A stretch of 62,481 bases of DNA, counting the filler, from Rhabdomonas costata (Eukaryota), in the NCBI GenBank assembly GCA_019059605.1. It is 31 parts of 31 records of this genome, joined end to end, with 100 filler letters (N's around TTAATTAATTAA, not from the genome) between each part and the next. Parts side by side here need not be neighbours in the genome. Positions count along the whole stretch, not along the records: positions 38,359 to 40,278 come from JAHMHO010007384.1; positions 40,379 to 42,299 come from JAHMHO010007385.1; positions 42,400 to 44,317 come from JAHMHO010007386.1; positions 44,418 to 46,335 come from JAHMHO010007387.1; positions 46,436 to 48,353 come from JAHMHO010007388.1; positions 48,454 to 50,371 come from JAHMHO010007389.1; 25 more parts are not named here. One strand, given 5' to 3'. The translations under genes were made by a program, and so were the position numbers. This document shows positions 38,677 through 50,371 of the stretch, in pieces (positions within the stretch are counted from its first letter, which is position 1; every line of letters begins with the position of its first letter). A model generated the notes under the pieces. It was not told the origin of the DNA, made no database searches, and saw only the letters and a program-made list of their open reading frames with translations.

Positions 38677-40227
38677 ATGCCGGCGCACCAGCCCATGCCG
38701 AACTCGCCGGGCTCTCCGAAGATGGAGGCGGTGCGGCTGGACACCAGCCTGGTGAACCCCGTGGTGTGGTCGGAAATCTACCTGGTCGGGGTCCCCCTTA
38801 TCGACACCCAGGTTGCTTTCTCTTGGTTCTTCTTGGTTGGCGTTGCTTTATTTTAATGCTTCGCTTCTTCGGCTTAGTGCCCTCTGTCAGGGATCATTTC
38901 TTCTTTGGTTTCGTTTATCAGGGTTTTCTGTTTGAAAGGATGATGCATGACGAAGATCTCAACTGTCCTCATGTCGGAAAAGACGCTGGAATATCGGAAT
39001 ATGCCGGGAAGCACAAGAGTAATGAAGGCACTAAATAATTCTGCTGTTCAAAGATTATATAGCGGAAGGGGGGGGGGTCCTAATACTGGTAAGCCGTGGG
39101 AGCTATCTTTGATCGAACTGGTGCTGGTCCACCCTGAGGTCAGAGTATGGTGTGAAGTCTGGAGGCATTATCCCTGTGAATGTCCACCCTGGGAAGCCCC
39201 GACTCCCTTTATCTGAACTCACGCACTGATTCCGTCCAGACTTTTGTCTGGACTGAGTTGCAACTTCGGCGTCCCACGAGCCACCGTGAGCATGGAAAAA
39301 TCGGAGAAGTGCTTTCCCTTCAGTCGTCGCGACTCGGGTCAGAAGGGACAATGGAATATTTTTCAGGGCCAGCCGCTCCGCAGCTGCTGAAGAACCCCGC
39401 CGGCGGCGCGGAGCGGACCAATGAGGCGGTTCCATTGGGAATCATGCGAAACATTTGACTTGATCTTTGTTGAACACCGAAAAATTCCATGATAGCTCGT
39501 ACCACACAAGGAAAAACCGCTTCTTTGCCAGTGTAACATCATCTGTTGGTTTCTTCCTTGCAGCACCGGAAGCTGTTTACGCTGGTGGAAAGCCTTCGGC
39601 TTGCTTTTGTGCTGCACAAAGCCGACACCGTTGTAATGAAGACCCTGAAGGGGGTGCTGTCGTACTGCGCAGAGCACTTTGAGTCCGAGGAGCTGGTGTG
39701 TGTGAGAGTGTGTGTATGGGTGCTATATAAACCCTGTTGTTTTGATGTTTGATGGTTAAACTCCGGCTTCCGTTTCCGCAAGAGGCGAGGAAAGGATGAT
39801 TGCCTTTCGTTCGGGTATGCAGCGAATTTCTCGAGTCTGATACGTTTCTTGTGTAGACGCACATGCCGGTGACGCCGGCAACGCCAAGGGAATTTTTGCA
39901 TCTCCTTTCAGGGTCCTGCAAGATTCTTACCACTCCACTCGTCTGATACCTGTGAAGCTCTCCATCCTCAACTCAAACTGCTGCCCCTAAACCTCCAGGA
40001 ATGAAGAGCCAGTCATTGAACATTGCAGCGGCCATATGGCTCACTACTGTCACTGATTGTGAGAAGCCGCGTATTTCATTGCGTATTGCGCTTGTCGTAA
40101 ACTGCTTTCAGCAGCGGTATTTTGTTCCATTTACTTCGTACTGCAGTCGCTCTTCCTCCTCGTTTGCACAGCTGATGCAGGTTGTGGGGTACCCCTCGTT
40201 CGCGTCCCACGTTGCCCAGCACCGGCA
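38677..40227 (+). CDS. Hemerythrin-domain protein; exons 38677-38811, 39564-39695, 40172 to about 40227
   Basis: VWSEIYLVGVPLIDTQ-HRKLFTLVESL...YCAEHFESEEL-LMQVVGYPSFASHVAQHR contains the di-iron ligands H, HxxxE and HxxxH; two phase-0 GT-AG introns. Confidence 0.9.
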
Positions 40228-40551
40228 GTGCAAACGAGGAGGAAGAGCGACTGCAGTACGAAGTAAATGGAACAAAAANNNNNNNNNNNNNNNNNNNNNN
40301 NNNNNNNNNNNNNNNNNNNNNNTTAATTAATTAANNNNNNNNNNNNNNNNNNNNNNNNNNNNNNNNNNNNNNNNNNNNGGTTTTCATTTTCGCATTTCCT
40401 TTTCACTTTCCACAATTTTTCACAGTAACCTTAAACCGACAATGTGCACACAACGCTCTGAAATAAGCATGCACATCAAGCAAAACAATCAAAATGAAAA
40501 ATCGAAAACACGTATGGAATTCCAAGAAAATATCTTGGAAAAGGGCATCAC

Positions 40552-41936
40552 GAAGGTCCGCCCTCCCCCGCTTTATTCCTCCAGTCGCAGACACCTTGCG
40601 ATCAAGTAGCACCAAAATCATGCTACAGTAAAACTGGAACTGCGAGGCCAAGTACATCGCCACAAACTGGAGCTCAAACTGAAAAAAGAAAAAAAGAAAG
40701 GAAAAAGAAAGGAGAAAGCCTTTCAGCCGTTCACTTGATAAAGCACTAGGTTTGATTGCATGGGAGGATCTGGCGTGGGGCTTCATTCTTTTGGAGACAC
40801 AGTGTTCACCGTGCGTTTGCGTACTAGATGTGCATTTGTCAGTCTTCGGCCGACATCCCTAACCCACTTAACCAGACGCACGCGAACCCGCCCTCGCTTC
40901 CACCTTGTACCCTTCCTTTCTTCACACATACACACACACACACCTGGGTATACAGCCTGTTCAAGAAAGTGCACAACGCGCTGCTCAGCAGTCCGGCCGC
41001 GAAACAGAACGCTCCTCCCAAGGCCAGTCGGTAGTTTTGGCTGCTCATCCTCCGCCGGGCCGCGGGAGGACCACTGGGAAGCATCCCCCGGCACCCCGCC
41101 CGTGCACCACCACTCGGGAAAACCATCGGAACCACCACCTCCTCCTTGCCCCCACCACCGGCCCTCAGCATTCGTAAGCCCCTCCCACCTCCCTCTTCAC
41201 ACTTGCTTTGGTGCGTATGTACGCATACACACCAACACAGAGGTGAAACTCTGCCAAAAGAAATAGCGTCGTGCTGGGGATGGGAACCAGTTCGAGGGGG
41301 GGGGGAGGAAGTGGAGGTCGCAGAGGCCCTTCCTTGTTCAGTTCCAAGGCTGGGTGGATGTGACCGGTGCACCAAGAGTTCACATCAAATGCATATGCAA
41401 ACCTCCTTTATTGCGCGTAATTTCGAGCTCTAACAAAACCATTTGCTTCGAAGCTGAGAATCTAAATTTTTGAAGCGTCCTGTGAGATTTTTGAACTGGC
41501 TGGAAGCCGAACCACGTGAGAAGGTTTCATTCCACGAAGGACCCGTTACCACCTTTCTTTCCATTGCAATACGAGAGAAAATCACAGGCTAGGCAGAATT
41601 GAAGATTCCACCATTCCAACGTACAGCCCCTCGTAACAGATAAGATTTCCCAAGAAGTGCCAGGCCGTACGTAAAATGCAACCACAAACATCGATGCCAA
41701 AAAAACGCCCCGGTGCAAATCCAACGCCGCTCGCAGCAAAGCCTCAATTATCATATGAAATTACAAAGTCCAGCAGATCACAGCAGATTACAGTAGTCCA
41801 AAAAAGTTTGTTTCAGAACACACTGGCTGCGGGCTTGCGAGGTCGATGCTCCCCACTACTGCTGCTACAGCTGCTGCTTGAAGACGCGGGCGTGGACAAA
41901 ACGGGGAACTCTTCCAGATCCTCGACATTGGGGATC
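40552..41936 (-). CDS. Hypothetical protein with possible DUF3883/NO VEIN C-terminal domain; exons 41936-41824, 41163-40944, 40594-40552
   Basis: Phase-compatible exons give ...EEFPVLS...FRGRTAEQRVVHFLEQAVYPGVCDWRNKAGEGGP, which resembles G-R-x-G/A-E...W-x-N-x-x-G-E-x-G-P. Confidence 0.45.
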
Positions 41937-42214
41937 CTATCAAATGGAATTCTGGGATGGTGGCACACTAATGAGCAATCTCAGCGGGTAAACCAACCCT
42001 ACTCAACTGAGACAAAAATGAAGCGGCTTGGATGGTTCGTTCCTTTCGATGACAGTGAAAGCAATCCTCAACTTTCCACTTTTCTGAAGAGCTATAGTGG
42101 GTTTTTGGTGGTAACCTTATCGTCTGTGAGACAATAGCCGACCCCTTGACCAACAAGGATTGTGGCAGCTATCATCCTGTTCAAGGCAACGTGTTCAAAC
42201 GCCAGCAGAACAAA

Positions 42215-42261
42215 CCTAACCTTAACCCTAACCCTAACCCTAACCCTAACCCTAACCCTAA
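42215..42261 (-). repeat. Telomere-type (TTAGGG)n tract, about 7 units
   Basis: cctaaccttaaccctaaccctaaccctaaccctaaccctaaccctaa on the plus strand. Confidence 0.9.
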
Positions 42262-42812
42262 CTAAAAGCGGTGACCCAAACCCCCAAACCACCAACACAN
42301 NNNNNNNNNNNNNNNNNNNNNNNNNNNNNNNNNNNNNNNNNNNTTAATTAATTAANNNNNNNNNNNNNNNNNNNNNNNNNNNNNNNNNNNNNNNNNNNNG
42401 GTTTGGTTTACACTCAACTTTAGCGGAGGGGGAAGAAACCGCCGTCGACGGGTTTCCTCCCTTCTCAAAAGCAGAATGATTGGAGCTCTACAGGCCACCT
42501 TCCCCTCCTCTGCACCCTCTCTTCTTGCTGTAGTTCAATGGGTGTGCTCGTCCTTCAGCTCAGCATTGGCAAAAAAAAATATGAAAAAAGCGACCCGGGG
42601 GGAGACGCCACCCCGATAATGGGTTCGCCAAAATAAATACTTGACGATCAAACACGCCACGACTGAAGGGAAATCTCACAGGAACTGTTTACCATTCCTT
42701 CCCTGCAACGGCCACCTTCACAGAAAGCAGGACCCTTCATCACAAGCGCCTTTGCCAGAACACATTTCGCACCAGCGCTTAATCCTCGGAGGGCACCGGC
42801 TTCACCCCTCTG

Positions 42813-44087
42813 TCACCCTCGCGCTGGCAGTGAAGTCACCTTGGTGCTCACGCTGAGCGGAGGAAAGTCCACGAGTCCTCGAGCCAGGGGCAGTTTCACC
42901 AAAACAGGTCTCTCGGACTTGCTGGAAACACCGACCTTTACCGTTCCCGTCCCCCGGGGGCGTTGCATGCCTCTCCCCGTGTGCCCGACGTTGTGCCCGA
43001 TGTTGTAAATGTTACCTGTAAATAGCCCCGCTGTAGTAGTGCTTTAGATCTTGCTTAGAATCGGACGCTGCTGTAACATAACTCATCTCCCATGCCCTTC
43101 ACCCGCCCCTCTCAGTCCCCATTTGTCATGAACCCTCTCGCCCACCTCGCGGTGCCCCCATCCCCTGCCCAGGTTTCTCTCCTATTCTCCCACGATCCTT
43201 GTGCTGCCCCTTCTGTCCCTCGACCCCTTGATAATTTCGTCTCCCGACCTTCTCGCTCTCTCTAGCGTACCTTTGTGCCCTACTTGTGCTTCTCGTTGAC
43301 TGATGCTGAACACCTGACATTCTTGTGAACACATTTTTAGAATAGAGTGATAGGTGAGAGAAAACGGTTTCGGACGTTTCAGGGGAAAAGAAACGTGAAA
43401 AAACAGCAGGCGTGCCCGTACAAACGGGGTGTCAACGGGTTTCAGGCAAAAAGCTAACATATAACAATGAATTACACATGGAAGCAAAGTTCGAAGAGAA
43501 GATAAAAAGCAGAGGGGGGGATACATGGCACAATTACAGGGATGCAGATGATAAAAAAATCTCCAGAAATGTGGCCCTACCATGTTCCAAATTCGAACTT
43601 CGCGTGAATGCCACTGTGAATATAAAATTTAGCAACCACTGCAACCTGCTTGATTCAAAATTCACACCAAGTTTGATTGCTTCAATGGCGTATTCAATCT
43701 GAAATATTCTTCCTTCGGGGCTGAAGGTGTTGACGCCCCTGTCATATTCTCCCTTCGACTGAAACATATCTGCAAGCGCTTCGATAGGCGACGAACTTTG
43801 AGGGTACAGCTTGTCGTGCCATGGACACGGACTCATTCATTGTGCCCAGAATCGGGTGAGCAAAATGAGGTTCCCGAATCTACGGGCAGCGAGGAAGAGG
43901 GTGGAGAAAATGCGAATCCCACACAAAAGCGCGGGACGGGGTGACAGGACGAGGTAGGGAATATACCCAGATCGTTGCACTGTGCGAGAAGCACGTTGCA
44001 GAAGGCGTCGAAGTGCGTGCACAGCTTCTCCAGAGCGGTGCTGCACTGCCGGGCGTAAGTGTCCCGTTGAGTACATTCCTCGGAGAA
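42813..44087 (-). CDS. Hypothetical gene whose putative exons (44087-43967, 43313-43271, 42921-42813) surround the PSMA5 exon
   Basis: AG/GT-bounded, phase-compatible exons [22 protein letters not shown]...[17 protein letters not shown] and [24 protein letters not shown]...-stop. Confidence 0.5.
43668..43767 (-). CDS. PSMA5: Proteasome subunit alpha type-5 N-terminal exon
   Basis: [34 protein letters not shown] followed by a GT donor; alpha-5 signature. Confidence 0.9.
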
Positions 44088-44587
44088 CTGCACGCACCCA
44101 CACATAATCAGACCCACACTTGCAACACAGATCGCCCTGCACCAAAACAGGAAGTGACCCCATTCTCGTTTTTTAGGGTGGGGGGGAGCTGACATGCGAT
44201 AAGTGATGGCGTCCTTGGTGAAAGCTCTGGAAGTGGCTCGCAATCATCTTGCAGCCTAATTAAGGATGGGGTGGGTAACGGTTCCCACTGGTAATCGGCT
44301 CGATGCTTTCCCCAAACNNNNNNNNNNNNNNNNNNNNNNNNNNNNNNNNNNNNNNNNNNNNTTAATTAATTAANNNNNNNNNNNNNNNNNNNNNNNNNNN
44401 NNNNNNNNNNNNNNNNNGGGGGGGTGGTGCCTGCTGCTATGCAAGACTTCTCTCGGCAACGTCGATCCCTTCGTGGCTCTACTCACCGCAGTGATTTACT
44501 GTCAGGGGACTAACGTTCTATGTGCTTTGTTTGGTGGGCTTCGCTTGCGCGAAAATGGTGCTGTGGTCGATGATGCCATCCTCACAG

Positions 44588-46330
44588 GTGTGGAGGAGCG
44601 CTGATGGGATACATTGGGCACCTACGTATGGGTCCTTTTCGCCCCGTTGGGCCGCAGTGCTGCTCACCTATGGCGAGCAGCTGTGGCTTCTCGGCGGACA
44701 CCTTGTGGGTCAGGGGATTCCGCTGAGAGACGTTTGGGTCTGGGTGGATAACATCACGGAATGGCAACAGGCAGACAATCTGCCCGGGCCCCTGGCATAC
44801 TTTGGGGCTGTTGTTGTAAAAGCCTCCCGAATCATTACAACTGGAGGTGAATCCTCCTCGGTAGCAGATCCCGTTTCGGCGGAATACATGTTCGTAGGTC
44901 TGCTGCACATACAATGAAACCGCTTCGACCTCTTACTTTCCTTGGCGTTTTTTAAAGACATCGAGAACCCATGGCAGTCTGGGTCACGTGGCTGTTCCAA
45001 AAGTGGTGCTTCACACTTCTTCCGCGATCCCTCTCGAAATACTTCAGTGTTTTTTCTTGCTCCAATGGCGGTTTGCATCGTTTGAACACTGTTGATGGAC
45101 TACCAGCAACTTGAATGTACCATGAAACCTTTCAGAAAACCACGCACATACGCCCGCCACATATGTCTCCGAAATAGAAGTGGGACCCCAGCGAAGGTAA
45201 CGGTGCCACAGCAATTTTTGCCATCCCGACAAAGGCTTACTCTTGAGTCAGGTTTTGGCACAACGCGAAAGTCACCGATAGGCCAAAAATGGCCTCTATG
45301 GCAGCCACCATTGGAACCGGTTAGGCTCACTCCAGTGCTTCCCTGAAGTTCTTATGGGCTCTGCCCTTGGGTAGGAAGTTCGAAGTAAGGGTCCCATCCA
45401 TCCAAAGGTCTTCAGGACGACCTCCGGTTGCATTTTTCCTCGCAGCGACCTGCGATGGATACACCTGTCCCGCAGGCTATTCCCCAAGAAGCTCGTCCAC
45501 ACTGTGCTCATCCGCGAACTGCAGCGTAGATGATTGTTGCGCTGGTGCGTACATCTTGCCCTCATGAGGATGTTTCGAGTTCTGTGGTGAAGAAATTTCA
45601 TTTTTGGTTGCATTCCTGACTTCCGTTCGAGTTGCTCTGGTGTGCCTGCCTCCTATGTTTATTGTTATTGTTATTGTGCAGCACCCCCATCACTCCCGCC
45701 CCCAAGCCCATTATTAATGAGAGTTGATTGCAGGTGGTTGCTGTGTTTAAATGTTGCAAACTGTAGAACCTTTGTGATGACGCGTGTGCAGGGTCCATGA
45801 CGATTGGTGCCATTGTGGGCACTGTGGTGGGCTCGGTTCTGGCGGTGGCGATTCTCATCGTGGTTTTGCGGATTTGGTACATCCGACGAAGACGCCGTTG
45901 CCGAGTAGTTCTTCCCGATACAGGTAGGCCAACTTTATTCTTCCTTCATCCAGCACGCACGCATGGAGCTCTTCCCGCGACGCGGACGTTATATTCTATT
46001 TACCACACTCTGCATAGGAGCCATTGACATGGCTTTTGGAGCCACGGTCACCCGAGACGAGGCCTGGGAGCACACCTACCAGACCCAATTTGAGCGGCAC
46101 GTTGGGATCTTGGAGGAACCCGATGCCCTTCGAGCGGTGGCGCACCGGCTGTTCAGCAGCGGCTGCGTGAATGCAGTGGTGTTTGCGGAGCAGTGCCTGG
46201 CATGGGCCCAGGAGCGGTACCCCAACCCCCCGCACTCCCGGCGAGAGGGACTTGCGGTGGCGACGTGCCGGTGGTGGACTGTGGGGGAGGAGGACTCGGC
46301 GAGGCTGGCGCCGTACCGAGTGATCAACAA
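44588..46330 (+). CDS. Single-pass membrane protein: kelch-like repeats, Cys-rich module, TM helix and a cytoplasmic domain resembling an ART N-terminus; exons 44588-44897, 45446-45544, 45792-45923, 46018-end
   Basis: Three phase-1 GT-AG introns; LWLLGG..DVW..W and IITTGG kelch blades; TCDGYTCPAGY...CSSANCSVDDCC; IGAIVGTVVGSVLAVAILIVVL followed by RRRRR; ends ATCRWWTVGEEDSARLAPYRVIN. Confidence 0.8.
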
Positions 46331-46514
46331 CACCCNNNNNNNNNNNNNNNNNNNNNNNNNNNNNNNNNNNNNNNNNNNNTTAATTAATTAANNNNNNNNN
46401 NNNNNNNNNNNNNNNNNNNNNNNNNNNNNNNNNNNCCCCGTCACGTGGTGTCGCTTTTTCCTGTCCCCCTGTCAGTTTTCTGTTCACTGCCAGGCTCTGC
46501 CTGAGTTGTCCGGC

Positions 46515-46640
46515 CCCTTTCCTTTTCCCTTTCTCTCCTTTCCCCCTTCCCCCCCTCCTTTCCTTTTTTTTTCTTTCCCTTTTCCTTTCCCTTTTCCCCC
46601 CCTCTCCCTTTCTCTCTTTCCCTTCCCCTTTCTTCTCCTT
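46515..46640 (+). repeat. Polypyrimidine low-complexity tract (CCTTTT/CCCTTT-like)
   Basis: About 125 nt composed only of C and T. Confidence 0.9.
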
Positions 46641-48490
46641 GTTCTAGTTTCCCTGGTATATTGTATACCTATGTTTCTCCACAGTGGCCGCCGGTCCTGC
46701 CCAGACGCCTCCACGACTGCTGTGTGCCTTTCGGTGGCTTTCTCTGATGCCGTGCAAAATGGTTCATCCTGTAGTTATCCGCGAAATAAAAAGCCATGAA
46801 CGCAAATATTTGTCTTAGGTTAGGCACAAATTGGTTTCCGCCCTGCTCTGCCGTTATACTGCTCACTTCGGGAAATGGGGTGTTAGTTCACCTATAAAAG
46901 GTTTTATGCGTTTCAAAACTCCGAAACGCGATTTCTCCTGAGAAGTTGATTGTTGCAAATTGCCTGTTGCGGTGGTTGTGTTTTTTGGCTGGTGCGCAGG
47001 CTTTCCAGCATGATTTAAGAACGCCCAAAACGAAATGAAAGCAAGACGAAAATATCGGCAAGGCTGCTTGCCAGTGCCCCTGGTGGTAACCAATTGGACC
47101 ATCGGCCACCGCCGACCTGCTGCCAAACCAACCGTCCGGTCGAAGGCGTCGATACATCGAAGTTATGCTGTGACCTTCCCTCTATGGAAATGGCTCCGCA
47201 ACGGCAGCCATCGCCCGACAAAGCGGCGGGACCCGACGGTAAGAGCGGGAGAGCGTTAACTTGAAGGGCGTGCGCTGCGAACTTGACCCATCCAACGGCT
47301 CACCGGGGAACCTCGCCTGTACATTCTAGTTGCCCCAAAGTCGGCCGCGTACGCCGAAGGAGACCAAGAGCTTGCTTCGGATAGAAAATGCGCCGTGGGT
47401 CCACCCTCCGCGACAAAGCGGCCAAAGAAACTTTTTCAAAATCGCACCGACCGTTCACCTTCCATTTAGCGCTTCCCGGGTGCATTGATCAAGTAGTCCG
47501 TGTCGGAAGCAAAATGCCAAAAGCTGCCCCGGCGGAAAGGACGGTAGAAGGATGGGTTATCAACAGGCACAGCAAAGGTGGCCGTGCCTGCGCAGCCGCC
47601 AAGACATAACATGACACCACTGGAACTGTTTTGCGCCGCGGCTAATATGAAAGGAAATAGGCGAAATGTGGCAAAGACCACGCGCCAGCAGGGCATGGTA
47701 GACATACGCAGCGGCGTCCCGTGAAAGATAAAAAAGACCACAGATGATTTGTTAGCAGAATATCATTGGCCACCAAAAACGCAAAAGAAAGCTCAAGGAA
47801 CACCCGGCCGTTCGCATGATATGGTGCGATGATGAGATGGAAATAGGCAACGCCCGAATTTACGTTGAACCCCTCGTCCAGGTCAGCGCGACGAGTGCGG
47901 GAGGGCTGGAGGGAGAGTTGCTTTTAAGATTTAGAAAGAGCCTCGCCGCACCCGCTCGGTTTTGGCCATCCGTCATTTATTATTTCTGCAGGTTCAATTT
48001 TGGATGTAGCAAGTGCGGCAAAGAGGTTCTGGACGAGCACAAGGCATTGAAAACAACACGGGAACAACAAAAAAGAAGCAACAAGCGAAAGAGGTCCTCC
48101 AAGAAAAACAAAACGGGACAGAGCACACAAAGGTCCCCAAAGCAAAGAAACCAACAGATCGAACGCAGCAGACACCGCTCCCGACGGGAATACGCTCTGC
48201 CCACTCCGCATACACTGGCGGCCGGCGGGAAAACAGAAAAACTGCTCTGTCCGCCTCCGCCCTGCTGCGCGTTGTTGAGTTTCAGTTGGGTTCGCGCAGT
48301 TATGTGTGCGTGGGAGATGTTGGCCCAAAATTATTTCTATTACCTCAAAACCCNNNNNNNNNNNNNNNNNNNNNNNNNNNNNNNNNNNNNNNNNNNNTTA
48401 ATTAATTAANNNNNNNNNNNNNNNNNNNNNNNNNNNNNNNNNNNNNNNNNNNNGTGTTGGGTGTGGTTGGTTTGGGTGTTCGCTGATCAG

Positions 48491-50371
48491 GCAATGAGAA
48501 ATACCAGTGGTGAGCTTAGCTACGACGACGTCGCCGGAATTCATTTGTGCACTTTGGATACGGCTGCGCGAAAAAAGGTTTGTGTCCATGATCTGCTTTT
48601 CAGCACTTCATTCGTGCCAGACTAGCTTTCTCGATCTTGTTGGCCTTGTTGCACAGGTGAATTCGGTGCTTCTGGATCTGGACGGTTCTTCGAGAAGCAG
48701 CGAGTGGTTCAGCGCGGCAGGTTTCTTAGATCGTTCGCTGGAGAACGCGGACCCTGTCATGGGAGGTTACATGCTATTCAGAGCGACCGAAACCCCTCTC
48801 ACTGAGGTTTGTTGCACTCTGCTTGATGGTTCTCAAACAAAACATTTGTGTTATGTGTTGGGTGTTCTTTTTCTTGCAGGCTCTGTACGAAGACGGGCAA
48901 TTGGTGGTGTGGCCTATGTTTACCTCTGCCACCCCCAACGTTAACGTCGCGAAAGAGCTGTTCGAGACGGAAGGGACATTGCTGGTGCTCAACCCCCACA
49001 ATCATAGCAGCAGCGGTCGGGAAGTGGCCCTTTATTCGGCTTGCAAAGAGGAACAGGTCGTTAGTGTGTCTTTTTGGCTCCTTTTTTTTTGCTTGCGGTG
49101 AAAAGAAACGGGCTTTTCCAACCAGCACTTTACCTTTCCCTGTGCTTTGTTCCAGGAAGTCATATTCCGCCCGAACACATGGTTCAGGGTGACCAAGAAG
49201 GCCCTTCCTCAATTCAAGGCGTTTCTCCAGTGCCGCTTCGGTAAATCCCTTGACTTTGTGGAGGTATACACTCTGGAAGAAACCCTTCCTGTGGATCCGT
49301 CATCAAATTCTGACAAGAACATGTTGATCAATGCACTCTACGAAGAAAATCTTCAGAGTGCACAGCAGCTGCTTGAGACCATTCGGCTAGCTCACTACTC
49401 CCAAGTGGACAAGCACGGGAACTCTGTCCTCACCCTTGCTACCTTCAAGGGCTACACCAAGATCTGCCTGAAACTCATTGAGCTTAATGCCGACGTGAAC
49501 TTCGTCACTAAGGATGGCGACAGCGCTCTCATTTGGGCCAGCTGCAAAGGTTTGCTCGAGGTGTGCAAGAAGCTCCTGGAGCACCACGCGGACGTGAACT
49601 TCACCGACAGGGGTGGGAAGTCGCCACTAGTATGGGCCGCTCGGAACGGGTTCCCAGAGATTTGTGAAGTTCTCCTGGAGGCCAAAGCGAACGCGGCGTA
49701 CGTCAGCCCTGCGGGCCGAACTCCCTTGATGTGGGCGGCTCGAAGCGGGCTAAAGGAGATTTGCGGGAAACTAATCCAAGCCAAGGCAAACATTCACCAG
49801 GCGGACAAGGACGGCAAGACTGCGCTGCTTTGGGCGGCCGAAGCAAGCTGCCGAGATGTTTGCGTATCGCTTTTGGCAGCCAAAGCGGACTTCACCCACA
49901 CAGATATTCGCGGCCGTTCGATGGTCTATTATGCGAGTCTCAACGCAGACGCTCTGGCGGACCTCAACGTGTGGTCGCGAGACCACTCTGAGCGCAGTAT
50001 TGCCGACGCTGTGGCTTCAAATCGCGCTGAACTGAAGGTTCAGCTGCAGTTGATGAGTTTCCAGAACGACCGCCTTGGCCAGAAGCTCGAACAGGCCCGC
50101 GCGCACAACGCAAAGCTCAGTGACGAGCTGAACCGCACCAAGCAACAGCTGAACTTTCACTCCACATGGGAGCAGCAGAAGCTAATGGGCCACGTCAACT
50201 GCGTTGAGAAGTTTGGCTTCGGAGCGCTGCGGCGCTGTACGGAGTCAAAGAGTCTCGACGGAAACTCTCAGCAGTCTTTGGCCCCATTCCTGCAACTTCT
50301 CTTGCAGCTGCCGTTGGAGCACCCCTTTGAGTACTCCATCTGCCCTCACTGCGGTATTTTCAAAAAAAACC
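48491..50371 (+). CDS. ARTC-type (R-S-E) ADP-ribosyltransferase fused to ankyrin repeats and a coiled coil; exons to 48577, 48657-48806, 48880-49056, 49156-end
   Basis: LSYDDVAGIHLCT..VNSVL..MLFRA..WPMFTSAT..LYSACKEEQ-EVIFRPNTWFRV; then about six ankyrin repeats (GNSVLTLA, GDSALIWA, GKSPLVWA, GRTPLMWA, GKTALLWA, GRSMVYYA) and a Gln/Leu-rich helix. Confidence 0.9.
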
